From assembly GCA_009926305.1 (NCBI GenBank), contig RFPC01000002.1:1932-65931 (forward strand): a stretch of 64,000 bases of DNA. The letters run 5' to 3'. This stretch comes from a bacterium (GTDB taxonomy: Bacteria > Bdellovibrionota_C > UBA2361 > RFPC01). Positions 10,087 to 20,086 of the stretch are shown here, one piece after another. The position numbers and the translations under genes are program-made. The number at the start of each line of letters is the position of its first letter. Position 1 is the stretch's first letter. The notes below the pieces were generated by a model. The model was given only the letters and a program-made list of their open reading frames with translations, was not told where the DNA came from and searched no databases.

Positions 10087-11010
10087 CTAATCACTGTCCC
10101 CCTCCCTGATCAGGAAAAATCCATCAGAACCGGTGGGCTGGTAGCGTGGAAGGAAAATCATTCCTCGAAACGGTGAAGAAATAGGCCCAGAATTATCATC
10201 GGCTAAGTGCTCCCCTTCGGAGATGCTTTGGAAGTTACTAAAGCCGGGGCGCATCTTAAACCCGTCGTTCTCTTCTAGTCTATGGATATGACTAATTTCA
10301 AAACACTCAGGCAGATGAGCAGTCTGAGAGCGAAGTAATTCTCGGTATTTATCTTGGACCATTGTCAGACAATGACCTTCTAAGGAACCTGCTGCTAGTA
10401 ATCCATTCCAAATCGCAGCCTCGAGGTTATCAATGGAGCGCAGAGCTTCGTGCTGTCCGCCTTCCACGACTACGGTATGAATGCCCTGCTGAGCGGCATA
10501 TAAATAGAATAATCCGCTAATTCCCTGTTTCTCCAGACCTTGCATGCGAGGCAGCGGGAAATGTCTCGCAAAATCGAGGCACGAATGATTATCCGCTACA
10601 CCAAGAAATGGAGCCGATGGACCCGAGGTCGTGTGCAGATCTAGGCAAAAAACTGGCCCGGTCTTTTTTGCTTCACTCACCACTTCCAAAAAGAGCTTTT
10701 TCACCTGTTGTAGCTCGTCTAACTCGCGACACCCTTTCCTGATCACTGGGTCGGCAAGAGGCTCCTTCCCCCAAAGTCGATTCAGGTCATAGTCGAGGTA
10801 TCGTACGTTTGCTTTGCTTGCAGCTAGGTTTCCATGAATCGCAATTAAGCGCCCAGAAAACCCGACGTTTTCAACCTCTAATTGAGAAATGACTCGCTTC
10901 GCAGCTATAACACCCGCTGGTTCATTTCCATGTAGGGCAGCCATGACAATGATCGTAGGAGAAGTTGAGCCCCCAGAGGAGAAATCTCCTATTAATCTTT
11001 CTTGGTCCAT
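10087..11010 (-). CDS. succinylglutamate desuccinylase/aspartoacylase (AstE/AspA) family zinc hydrolase
   Basis: 'ALHGNEPAG' zinc-binding signature near the N-terminus and a conserved His further on. 307 aa. Sits between tolB and pal. Confidence 0.65.
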   Translation of the reverse strand: MDQERLIGDFSSGGSTSPTIIVMAALHGNEPAGVIAAKRVISQLEVENVGFSGRLIAIHGNLAASKANVRYLDYDLNRLWGKEPLADPVIRKGCRELDELQQVKKLFLEVVSEAKKTGPVFCLDLHTTSGPSAPFLGVADNHSCLDFARHFPLPRMQGLEKQGISGLFYLYAAQQGIHTVVVEGGQHEALRSIDNLEAAIWNGLLAAGSLEGHCLTMVQDKYRELLRSQTAHLPECFEISHIHRLEENDGFKMRPGFSNFQSISEGEHLADDNSGPISSPFRGMIFLPRYQPTGSDGFFLIREGDSD

Positions 11011-11127
11011 GAGATATCCGTCTTACTTTTTCCTTGCAGTCGTGAACACTGCAAGTATAGGAAGCTTTCGCGTATGAACAAAGTTTAATTTGAAAATACT
11101 ACTTGCTGATTCTACGAGAGAAGATAC

Positions 11128-12570
11128 TTACGAAAAAGGCACAGGTCCCCACGCCGGATCCGTGTCATCAGTTCGAGAATCTGAAAGGAGTCGGAATCCG
11201 GTTCCATCGGCTCTCATAATCGCGATGTTGTACGATCCTGTTCGACCATAAGTAGTAGAGAAAGCAATCTCCTCCCCATTTGGAGACCATTCTGGGTCTT
11301 CATTGAAGTGCGAGCTTGTAAGCTGAAGAGGATCGGTGCCATCGGGCTGAGAAGTAAATATATTATAGCCACCATCAGAACGACAGACATAAGCAATCCG
11401 ATCTCCGGTCGGCGACCAGTCAGGTGAGGTGCAGTAGTTCGCATTTGTAAAACTCACCCTCTGTACATCACCGCCATCCTTATTCATCACATAAATCTGT
11501 GGTCCCCCAGAGCGGTTAGAACAAAATACTATTCGCTCTCCATCTGGAGACCACTTCGGAGACACATCGATTACTCCATACTGAGAGGTTAGCTTACGAA
11601 CAGGTGTGCCATCAGGGCGCATAAGAACAATATGAGACTGTTTACCTAAAGAAACGGCAGTAATCAGGCTTTTTCCATCAGGTGAGAAGCTCCCTCCAAT
11701 TTCGAGTTCGCGTCCAGATGTAATGGGACGAGACTGGTCACGATCGAAATCATAGAGAAACAACTCAGGGATTCTTTTTTGATAGCTTGTGTAGAGAATT
11801 TGTTGGCCATTTGGATGAAATGCTGGGGCGATGGTAAGTCCACGCTCATCGGTTAATTGCCGCACCTCGCCGCCATCAATATTCATCCGAAACAATTCTT
11901 TAAACCTACCAACACGCGAAGCAAAAACAATCTTACTCCCGAAGACCCCAGATTTTCCCGTGAAATACTGAACGATTTCATTCGAGAAGCGGTCGGCTAT
12001 CTCTGAGAGTTGTGCAAAACTTCCCTCGTATTCTTTCCCGAATGCAATTTTTTGGCGCTGGACATCAAACAGGTACATTTGCAGAGTCAGACGTCCTCCA
12101 ACTTCTTGCAATGTTCCTCTGACGAGACCCTCTGCGCCGATCACTGACCAATCCGAAAAAGCAAAGGCAGTTGGTGATTCGAGGCACTTCCCAGGGGATT
12201 CGATGAAGGCTTTCGGGTCAATAACATGAAAGAATCCTGAGGAACTCAGATTTTTCGATACTGCCCTTGGAAGATTCTCCGCTCCAGAGTGCGCACCTTG
12301 AGGGGCACAAAGAACTGGAATCGCAATGGGATATTTCTTTCCGGAGCCCTGAACAAAAATGTCAGTCTGGGCGAAAGCTTGCGGCAAAAAGCCAGAAGTA
12401 TACATTCCCAAAAAGCACAGGAAATAGATACTCAGTGTCGAGAGAATTCGTGTTGAGAGAAATAACGAGTCACTTGGGGTGAACCACGTTCGGTGTGTTA
12501 CGCAAACCCTTTGGAAGAGAGAAGCCTCTTTACAGGGAGTTCTTAGAACGGAAAGGGTATCTTGTATCAT
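11128..12570 (-). CDS. tolB: Tol-Pal system beta-propeller protein TolB
   Basis: Repeated WSPDG.R[IL] beta-propeller blades (SFSPDGKSL, PKWSPDGERIVF, PDWSPTGDRIAY, PEWSPNGEEIAF). N-terminal signal. Tol-Pal context. Confidence 0.85.
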   Translation of the reverse strand: MIQDTLSVLRTPCKEASLFQRVCVTHRTWFTPSDSLFLSTRILSTLSIYFLCFLGMYTSGFLPQAFAQTDIFVQGSGKKYPIAIPVLCAPQGAHSGAENLPRAVSKNLSSSGFFHVIDPKAFIESPGKCLESPTAFAFSDWSVIGAEGLVRGTLQEVGGRLTLQMYLFDVQRQKIAFGKEYEGSFAQLSEIADRFSNEIVQYFTGKSGVFGSKIVFASRVGRFKELFRMNIDGGEVRQLTDERGLTIAPAFHPNGQQILYTSYQKRIPELFLYDFDRDQSRPITSGRELEIGGSFSPDGKSLITAVSLGKQSHIVLMRPDGTPVRKLTSQYGVIDVSPKWSPDGERIVFCSNRSGGPQIYVMNKDGGDVQRVSFTNANYCTSPDWSPTGDRIAYVCRSDGGYNIFTSQPDGTDPLQLTSSHFNEDPEWSPNGEEIAFSTTYGRTGSYNIAIMRADGTGFRLLSDSRTDDTDPAWGPVPFS

Positions 12571-12689
12571 AGGAGTCCAGCTGTAGAGACCGTAATTTAT
12601 ACCCTCAAAGACTACGAAACAGTATCGATTTGGACAAGTGGAGGAGAAGATTTTATAGAGCGAAAGAGCCTTAGCATATCTGAGGAGAA

Positions 12690-13565
12690 TCAGTATATCT
12701 GAGGAGAAAACGTCATCCGCACCTCTTTAAAATATTTATAAACGGTAGCCGGTGGCGGCGGGACGGGATCCGCTTTTTGAACAGCGCGTACCACGGATTC
12801 ATCGTATTTTCGGTTCCCTGAGGGATTACATAACCGTACGGAGATAAGCCCTCCTTCGGGAGACAGCTCAAAGCATACGCTAGCCTTTAGCGCAGCAGTC
12901 GGATCGTGCCATGCCCAACCACTCTTTACATACTGCTCGAGTAGCTCTTGATACTGAAAAAACTCCGGCGGTCGGGACTCCCCTCCACCAAAGCCGTTTC
13001 CACCCTGACCAGATGAGCCGTATCCCTTCCCACCTGCATCCGTTGATTCACCAGTATATTTCTTTACTGCCCGTTCAAGCGCACTGTTAATCTCATCCAA
13101 TGTTGGAGCCTTTTCTTTCTGAGAGCTTTCTTTCTTTTTATTTACGACCTGCTTCTTCTTCGAAGAAGATTTAGCCACTACCTCTTTCTTGGGTGGCTTC
13201 GGCTTACTGGTACTCTTCTTTTTTTCGGGTTTTACCTTCACCGGAACTGGTGTTGCCTTTACCTTCACCGACTTTTTCGGAAGAGCTACCTCAGCCTTTT
13301 CTTTTGCATGTGTCACTTTCTCTTTTACAGCTGCTGTTTTTTTTGGTTGTTTGATGCTTGGGGTGGGAACACTCTTCCTTTTTGTTTGTTTTGGGGCCTG
13401 AGAAATCGCTCCTCGCTTCGCTCCACTCTCTATACTAACGGAGTAGACAATAGGAGCACCGAAGTTACTGATACCCCCGCCCAGACCGATGAAAAGGAGA
13501 AATATGAGGAGATGTCCTACGAGTGATGCGGCAAAGCCAAGCTGATAGTCACTACCCTTAAACAC
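12690..13565 (-). CDS. tolA: TolA (TM anchor, Lys/Pro-rich linker, TonB_C-like domain)
   Basis: N-terminal TM, a long K/P/E-rich low-complexity linker, and a C-terminal TonB/TolA-type domain. Located between tolR and tolB. Confidence 0.6.
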   Translation of the reverse strand: MFKGSDYQLGFAASLVGHLLIFLLFIGLGGGISNFGAPIVYSVSIESGAKRGAISQAPKQTKRKSVPTPSIKQPKKTAAVKEKVTHAKEKAEVALPKKSVKVKATPVPVKVKPEKKKSTSKPKPPKKEVVAKSSSKKKQVVNKKKESSQKEKAPTLDEINSALERAVKKYTGESTDAGGKGYGSSGQGGNGFGGGESRPPEFFQYQELLEQYVKSGWAWHDPTAALKASVCFELSPEGGLISVRLCNPSGNRKYDESVVRAVQKADPVPPPPATVYKYFKEVRMTFSPQIY

Positions 13566-13634
13566 AGCTAAAAAACTTACCCTTACAATGAAACTTACTA
13601 CTGTCTCTATTAATAAGAATGACCAAGTGACCTC

Positions 13635-14075
13635 TTATCTTCTTTTGCTCTCTGATTTTTGGGGAGGTGCTGGATCTGATATTAAACCAATTTGTGTAAT
13701 GCCTCCCCGATGCAGCCGTCCCATTACTTCCATGATAGTTCCATAGTCGATGGCAGTATCTCCCTGAATGTAGATCTTCTGTACGCCCCCTTTTGCTAAC
13801 ATGACAGCTTTAACCTTGTCTGCAAGTTGGGAGAGTGGGACTTCATTGCCAGAGCCGAGAAAAAGCTTTCCTGTAGAATCTACAGACAGCACTACCTGCT
13901 CAGAGTCACCTTGCAAAGGAGCGGTAGTCGCTTTAGGGAGGTTTACTTCAACACCCTGTTGGAGCATCGGAGCAGTAACCATAAAAATAATCAAGAGTAC
14001 TAACATGACGTCCACGAGTGGCGTTACGTTAATATTTGCTACAGGGCCTTCGCCCCCAGGTCCAGAAAGTGCCAT
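13635..14075 (-). CDS. tolR: TolR/ExbD biopolymer transport protein
   Basis: 'NVTPLVDVMLVLLIIFMVTAP' ExbD/TolR signature. 146 aa. Confidence 0.85.
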   Translation of the reverse strand: MALSGPGGEGPVANINVTPLVDVMLVLLIIFMVTAPMLQQGVEVNLPKATTAPLQGDSEQVVLSVDSTGKLFLGSGNEVPLSQLADKVKAVMLAKGGVQKIYIQGDTAIDYGTIMEVMGRLHRGGITQIGLISDPAPPQKSESKRR

Positions 14076-14104
14076 TTACTTCTTAATCCTTTCTTCAACG
14101 CGTA

Positions 14105-14797
14105 CTAAGCAAGGTTCTCGCCGACAACCACTAAGAATTCCTCCTGAAAGCGATCCATAGACTCTCGAGCTCTACGGATTGCTACCGTAAAGTAGTTGTA
14201 GGCGATAGCAGCAGGTATTGCCGCGCCAAGACCGATGGCGGTAGCAACGAGCGCCTCCGATATCCCAGGCGCTACGGCTTGGATGGTAGTAAGCTGGGAG
14301 TTCCCCAAACTGTGAAACGCATTCATGATACCCCAAACAGTACCAAATAATCCGATGAACGGGGCGGAACTGGCCGTAGTTGCCAGAAAGGTCACGCCTT
14401 GCTCTAACCGATGGCTTTGCTGAAGCCCAGCTCTTTCGACTGCCCTTTTGACCGGATCAAGGTCTTGTATCTCCACGAGGCGCCCTGTGGAATTCATTTT
14501 TTGGATAAGTTGGTTCAGTTCTCGAAAACCAGCGACAAAAAGCTGGGTAACGTATCCATCGAGTAGTCTTCTGGTTGAGCTGTTTGCGCGACCAATATCA
14601 CGACTCTCCCAGAACACCTCTTGAAATTCCTCCGATTGACGAGTAGTTTTTCGAAATTGAAGTACCTTGCCAATGGTAATTGCCCAACTTAACAAGGATT
14701 GAATAATCAAAATAAATAGTACGGATTGTACAATGGGGCCTGAGCCCGCGACCATCTCGAACACTCCACCTGAGAGAATTCCCCCTTCAGCTTCCAT
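14105..14797 (-). CDS. tolQ: TolQ/ExbB/MotA-family proton channel
   Basis: Three TM segments and a 'GLFGTVWGIMNAF' motif. 230 aa. Lies upstream of tolR. Confidence 0.85.
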   Translation of the reverse strand: MEAEGGILSGGVFEMVAGSGPIVQSVLFILIIQSLLSWAITIGKVLQFRKTTRQSEEFQEVFWESRDIGRANSSTRRLLDGYVTQLFVAGFRELNQLIQKMNSTGRLVEIQDLDPVKRAVERAGLQQSHRLEQGVTFLATTASSAPFIGLFGTVWGIMNAFHSLGNSQLTTIQAVAPGISEALVATAIGLGAAIPAAIAYNYFTVAIRRARESMDRFQEEFLVVVGENLA

Positions 14798-15074
14798 ACT
14801 TAGCTAACTCCGTATTAAACTCACCGATTTACTGCGTAAGAATAGACACAGTATGGCAAAATTCGCCAGAGAAGAGTATCTGATATGAAGCTTCTCTCGC
14901 CACTTCTCTGTACGTATCCTTCACACTGGGATACCGCCAAATTCCACGAAAATGGCTTTATTTCTCGTTCGAATCGCCCCAATGGAACGTGATAGCCTAC
15001 TGACGAAGAAGTGTTGCCTTCAGTGGCAAACGCGATAATATTCGGGGGGTTCTTTTTTTGAGAGGAGATTACAG

Positions 15075-16088
15075 ATGAAGATTGCAATTAATGGATTTGG
15101 GCGAATCGGGCGAATCGTTTTCAGACATTTTCTGAAAAACAAAGCAGATTTCCCGAACCTGGAGATTGTAGCCATTAACGACCTCACGAATGGAGAGACT
15201 CTTGCCCACCTCCTGCAATACGACTCGGTTCATGGGAAGCTCAATGAAAAGGTCTCTTATCAAGACAACAGCTTAACGATTGGGGGGAGTACGGTAACAA
15301 TTCTCGCTGAACGGGACCCTGCGAGTCTCCCATGGAAAGCTCTCGGAGTTGATCTCGTACTCGAATGTACAGGAGTTTTCACGAAGCGAGACGCTGCTCA
15401 AAAGCATCTCGAAGCGGGGGCAAAAAAGGTGTTGATATCAGCACCGTCTCCAGACCCAGATTTGACCCTCGCTTACGGGGTAAATACCGAAAGTTATCTG
15501 GCATCAGAACATCAGATAATAAGTTGTGCTTCATGTACTACGAACTGTCTCGCCCCAGTGGCCAAGGTGATTGATGAGAACTTCGGGATTGTACGAGGCA
15601 CCATGACCACGATTCATGCATATACAAACGATCAAAGAATCCTGGACCTTCCTCATAAAGATCTTCGGCGTGCTCGCGCGGCAGCACTCTCGCTGATTCC
15701 AACCTCAACTGGGGCTGCCAAGGCAGTAGGGCTTGTCTTACCCAACCTTAAGGGGAAAGTTGATGGTTTTGCGGTGCGAGTTCCTACACCAGATGCCTCG
15801 CTTGTGGATTTTGTCGTCGAAGTAAAAGACGGCGTAACGAAAGAAGCGGTAAACAGCGCCTTAAAAAAGGCGTCAGAGACTCAATTGAAAGGAGTTTTAG
15901 GCTATTCTGACGAGCCTTTGGTGAGTGTTGACTACATCGGCAACACAAATTCATCAATTGTGGACGGAATATCGACGATGGTTATCGAGGATACGCTGGT
16001 GAAAGTTGTTGCTTGGTATGATAATGAGATGGGCTTTTCAGCGAGAATGATGGACGTTAGCAGACTTATCTCAGAAAAAGGTCTTTAA
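15075..16088 (+). CDS. gap: glyceraldehyde-3-phosphate dehydrogenase
   Basis: 'INGFGRIGR' NAD-binding motif and 'ASCTTNCLAP' catalytic Cys motif. 337 aa. Confidence 0.95.
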   Translation: MKIAINGFGRIGRIVFRHFLKNKADFPNLEIVAINDLTNGETLAHLLQYDSVHGKLNEKVSYQDNSLTIGGSTVTILAERDPASLPWKALGVDLVLECTGVFTKRDAAQKHLEAGAKKVLISAPSPDPDLTLAYGVNTESYLASEHQIISCASCTTNCLAPVAKVIDENFGIVRGTMTTIHAYTNDQRILDLPHKDLRRARAAALSLIPTSTGAAKAVGLVLPNLKGKVDGFAVRVPTPDASLVDFVVEVKDGVTKEAVNSALKKASETQLKGVLGYSDEPLVSVDYIGNTNSSIVDGISTMVIEDTLVKVVAWYDNEMGFSARMMDVSRLISEKGL

Positions 16089-16108
16089 TTAACGGAGCTA
16101 GCATCCTC

Positions 16109-16876
16109 ATGAGCAGAAGTTTCCACCTGGCCGCAAATTGGAAGATGCACTTCGTCGCATCCGAAGCACGGTCTCTGTATGAGAGCGTAGTAGCAATGGT
16201 AGAAGCAACGGAGCAGAGAGAGTCGGCAAACAAAGTATCCGTTAGTGTTGCCGCTCCAGCGGTGCATCTTGCTACTTTGTCAGCGGTTCGTTCTCCCATG
16301 GTCGAATATGGCTCACAAAATATTCATCATGAGAAGTCTGGCGCATTCACAGGAGAGATTTCGGTTCCAATGGTTCAAGACTATGGGGCTACCTTTGCCC
16401 TAGTGGGTCACTCCGAAAGACGGATAATGTTCGGAGAGACTGAAGATCTCTTGGCACAAAGGGCTGAGGGTGCGCTTCAACAGGGACTACGGATTATTTA
16501 CTGTGTCGGTGAGACTTTGGAACAGCGAGAGCAAGGTGAAACCTCTCAAGTACTGAACACTCAAATGAGTACCATAGGGCATTTGTGCGATAAGTTTTTT
16601 GACTTGATAACCATTGCCTATGAGCCCGTATGGGCTATCGGAACCGGGAAGGTAGCTTCTCCAGAGGAAATTCAACGAGCTCACCAGGAGGTAAAAGCGC
16701 TGGGAAGAGCCTTTGCGCCGTCGAAGTCAGATCTTCCTGTTTTATACGGAGGGAGCGTCAAGCCTGATAACATTCAGAGTCTCTTAGAGATTAGTGAAGT
16801 GGACGGCGCTCTTGTCGGTGGTGCAAGCCTGAGCTTTGATTCCTTCAGGGCGTTGTACGAGGGGAGTTGCCAGTAG
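16109..16876 (+). CDS. tpiA: triosephosphate isomerase
   Basis: 'AANWKMH', 'VGHSERR' and 'YEPVWAIGTGK' motifs. 255 aa. Confidence 0.9.
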   Translation: MSRSFHLAANWKMHFVASEARSLYESVVAMVEATEQRESANKVSVSVAAPAVHLATLSAVRSPMVEYGSQNIHHEKSGAFTGEISVPMVQDYGATFALVGHSERRIMFGETEDLLAQRAEGALQQGLRIIYCVGETLEQREQGETSQVLNTQMSTIGHLCDKFFDLITIAYEPVWAIGTGKVASPEEIQRAHQEVKALGRAFAPSKSDLPVLYGGSVKPDNIQSLLEISEVDGALVGGASLSFDSFRALYEGSCQ

Positions 16877-17036
16877 CATCTCCTCATTGAGTCGATTTCA
16901 TTGAGTCGATCGTCTGCTTTGCCTGATGTATTGTTTCCCATCTTTTTCGCATACAGCCACTATGAGCTAGCCACTATAAGACAAAGAGACGAAGACACAA
17001 GAGTCGATAGAGCACTTGTTACTTCAATAGCACTCA

Positions 17037-18023
17037 TTATATGGCACCTCGCCATAGTTCTTTCGGGTCACCGTGTACTCGCGCTCCGACCTTCTTGATA
17101 ATTTGCGACGCCATGAAATTTGCTCCTCGCGCTGCCATCAGCGGGGTCTGACCTTCCACTACTCCGTGGAGAAACGCACCCGCAAATGCATCACCGGCCC
17201 CAGTAAGGTCCACCGTCTCAACTGAAAATCCAGGAACATGACCGGATTCTCCCTCTGCCGAATGGATGAAGGCTCCCTTTTCTCCAAGCGTTACAGCAGC
17301 AGCTCTATACCGAGCTTTTACTTCCTTAAGCGCTTCTTCCCCGCTTTCCGTTCTTGTAAGCACTTTGGCTTCACTCTCGTTAGCGAAAATTAAGTCAGCA
17401 TGCAAAAGGGCATGTTCAACCTCTTGGCGAAACCCATCCACAATCCAACCGTCAGATAGAGTAACCGCAATTTTTGTATCATGTTGTTGAGCGAGCTCTA
17501 TCGCACGCCTAATGGCTGGATGTCCAGACTGAGGATTGCAGAACAGATATCCCTCAATAAAGATCCACTTTGTTTGTCGAATGATCTCCTCCTCGAGGTC
17601 ATCTGAAGAAAAATCAGCGGAAACCCCGAGATGTGTTCGCATTGTCCGCTCTGCATCGGGAGTAATAAATATAAGAGACGTTCCGGATTTGCCGCCCACG
17701 TGAAAAGGGCTGGTGAGTCTGACCTGATGACTTTCGAATTCAGACTGATAGTGCATGCCGTAGGCATCATCGGCAAGGCGACATGAAAAGGCCGTGCTAG
17801 AACCGAGTTGTGCAAGGAGAACTATAGAGTTTGCTACCGAGCCTCCACTCACCATCTTTGGATCACAGTGCGAAAATTTTTCTAGAAGCTCTGCTTGAGC
17901 TTCAGCCTCAAGCAGATGCATAGTTCCCTTTTCGAAACCAAGCTGAGAAAACTCTTCATCACTAACTTCTACAAGTACATCGACCACACCATTGCCGATC
18001 CCGTATACATCGATACTCTTCAT
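17037..18023 (-). CDS. PfkB-family carbohydrate/nucleoside kinase (adenosine kinase-like)
   Basis: C-terminal 'DLTGAGDAFAGAFL' PfkB signature and N-terminal GG motif. 328 aa. Confidence 0.75.
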   Translation of the reverse strand: MKSIDVYGIGNGVVDVLVEVSDEEFSQLGFEKGTMHLLEAEAQAELLEKFSHCDPKMVSGGSVANSIVLLAQLGSSTAFSCRLADDAYGMHYQSEFESHQVRLTSPFHVGGKSGTSLIFITPDAERTMRTHLGVSADFSSDDLEEEIIRQTKWIFIEGYLFCNPQSGHPAIRRAIELAQQHDTKIAVTLSDGWIVDGFRQEVEHALLHADLIFANESEAKVLTRTESGEEALKEVKARYRAAAVTLGEKGAFIHSAEGESGHVPGFSVETVDLTGAGDAFAGAFLHGVVEGQTPLMAARGANFMASQIIKKVGARVHGDPKELWRGAI

Positions 18024-18112
18024 TAGTTCTCTCCTATTCTACGCGCCCCAGAGTATAGAACTGTTCAATGGTTAAATGAAAGATAGAGAAATATAAATTA
18101 AAAGTTATGCGA

Positions 18113-18565
18113 CTACGGGCACCCGTCGCCATCAACTGCCAAGCGAACAATCACCCCATCACAGAACCGTTCCCACGTGAGATATTTCTTGCCCTGACAA
18201 TGATTGATTTGCATAAAACCCATTGAATCATTTGGGTTGGCGCAGGCCCCATCAAATCGAACTTGAAATTTTGTGAGTCGAGGTAGTCGAAATCCTGGCA
18301 AAAGACTTGAGGCAACTGGATTGGTCATCTCTCCAGCTGTCGTTTGAGCGATAAGACCGAAACTTGCCGGCAGATTATCCGGATCCACAATTCCCGCTTC
18401 AAAGGAGGTTTGAGCATCTTGCAGAGCAGTCTCAATTACAGCAAAGGTTGCCGAATTTTTGTAAATGGCATAGCTGCTCAAAGCAAGGCTAGCAAGAACA
18501 CCAATAATCGCGATGATGGTGAGAAGCTCTATGAGGGTGAATCCTGAATCCATTCTTCCTTTCAT
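18113..18565 (-). CDS. type IV pilin / pseudopilin (prepilin-type N-terminal methylation domain)
   Basis: Leader MKGRMDSG followed by the cleavage motif G|FTLIELLTIIAIIGVLASLA. C-terminal Cys pair consistent with a D-region disulfide. The long ORF starts 15 codons upstream. Confidence 0.85.
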   Translation of the reverse strand: MKGRMDSGFTLIELLTIIAIIGVLASLALSSYAIYKNSATFAVIETALQDAQTSFEAGIVDPDNLPASFGLIAQTTAGEMTNPVASSLLPGFRLPRLTKFQVRFDGACANPNDSMGFMQINHCQGKKYLTWERFCDGVIVRLAVDGDGCP

Positions 18566-18794
18566 TTGCCTAACTCCTATCGGTAAAACGCACATAAAGC
18601 CCCAATTCAATCGTTACAGAGCTTCGAGATTCCCCGTAATCGGTATGACAGAAAATGTCGCTGCCACGACAAAAGTTGTCTATTCTGGCTGTCCACTCTT
18701 CAGTAAGACACCGAAACGTTTCACAAAAACAACACTCTCTTCACTCTGGGAATACCTGCTGCATAGACTGTTCCAAAATTAGCAATATCATCGG

Positions 18795-20075
18795 CTAATC
18801 AGAGCTATAAATAACGGGCATGGGCTCGCTCACTCGCTCTAGTGAATCGATATATTCCTCGATGACCTCACGGAGTCGCTCCGGTGCGATATCCAATAGA
18901 GTGAGTAATCTCTCCACAACTCCTTGTACCAGCGTATCAGGACAGCTCGCTCCAGAGGTAACTAAAACATCAACCGCGGCCCCGTCTTTTGGGTACCATT
19001 CCGTTGTGATGTGTTCCCTCCCCTCCTCGAGATCAAGGTGCGAAATTTCATTAATACTGATCACATCGGCAGGCCCACTTACAAAATATGTCGGAAACTG
19101 TTCTGCACACAGCTCAACCAAGTGAGATGTATTCGATGAGTTATATCCTCCAACTATAATTGCGATATCACCCCCCGAACGGATCAATTCAAGAGTGGAC
19201 TGTTGATTCTCAGTTGTCGCGTAACACAATGTATCACGAGTATCTGCAAAGTGTACGTCAATATCATCGTCACCATACTTCTCCACCATTCCACTACGTA
19301 AGATAGAACTAATCTCAGCTGTTTCAGTAGCAAGCATGGTCGTCTGATTAATTACACCAATTTTCTCTAAATCAGTGGAAGCAGAAAAAGAAGGCGACAT
19401 TCTTCCAGAAAACCGTTCTTTAAAGGCATCATATGATTCTCGACCGAGTATAAAATTTTTGAGCCACTCGGCCTCATGGACATCTGCTATAATGATACTC
19501 GGTGCCACTCTCGAAGCATGGGAAAATGTTGCCTGAGTCTCCTCATGTCGGGCTTTCCCATGTATGACAATCGAATATCCACGCTCTCCCAGTTGTGTTC
19601 CTCTTTTCCAAACCCTTTCAACAAAGGGACAGGTTGTATTATACCGACGGATATCGACCCCTTTGGCTTCCAGTAGCTCGCACATCTCCAGCGTTGTCCC
19701 AAATGCGGGAATGATAACTATATCTTTCTTTTCGACTTGAGAGAGAGAAATCAACTCTTTCCCATACGTAGAAAATAGAAATTCCACACCGCGTGCACGC
19801 AAGTCAGCATTTACGTGTGGATTATGAATCATCTCTGATAGGAGAAACACTCGCTGTGACGGATTCTCCTCAACTGCGCGATAGGCAATCTCGATAGCAT
19901 TTTCAACTCCGTAGCAAAATCCAAAATGCCTGGCAAATTTAATTCTCAGCTTTCCAAAATCAAGAACGGCAGGTGACTTATCTCGTTTTTTTGTATCGAT
20001 TTCAGAGCGCGCTCTTTTCATATAAGAAATAATGTGCGAGCGATACTGATCTGGAATGTTGAATTTTCTTGGCAT
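18795..20075 (-). CDS. ispH: 4-hydroxy-3-methylbut-2-enyl diphosphate reductase, long form with N- and C-terminal extensions
   Basis: 'FGFCYGVENAIEIA' LytB signature and conserved Cys positions. 426 aa, against about 316 aa for the compact IspH. Confidence 0.9.
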   Translation of the reverse strand: MPRKFNIPDQYRSHIISYMKRARSEIDTKKRDKSPAVLDFGKLRIKFARHFGFCYGVENAIEIAYRAVEENPSQRVFLLSEMIHNPHVNADLRARGVEFLFSTYGKELISLSQVEKKDIVIIPAFGTTLEMCELLEAKGVDIRRYNTTCPFVERVWKRGTQLGERGYSIVIHGKARHEETQATFSHASRVAPSIIIADVHEAEWLKNFILGRESYDAFKERFSGRMSPSFSASTDLEKIGVINQTTMLATETAEISSILRSGMVEKYGDDDIDVHFADTRDTLCYATTENQQSTLELIRSGGDIAIIVGGYNSSNTSHLVELCAEQFPTYFVSGPADVISINEISHLDLEEGREHITTEWYPKDGAAVDVLVTSGASCPDTLVQGVVERLLTLLDIAPERLREVIEEYIDSLERVSEPMPVIYSSD

Positions 20076-20086
20076 ACGCTTGTATC

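Noticed and set aside
12675-12707. Direct repeat 'atatctgaggagaa' x2 at the 3' end of tolA
   Set aside because: Only two short copies overlapping the stop codon region. Probably chance or a duplicated SD-like segment, not a repeat element.
14821-15087. 88-aa minus-strand ORF between tolQ and gap
   Set aside because: Lies in the divergent promoter region, overlaps the gap start, and has no recognisable features.
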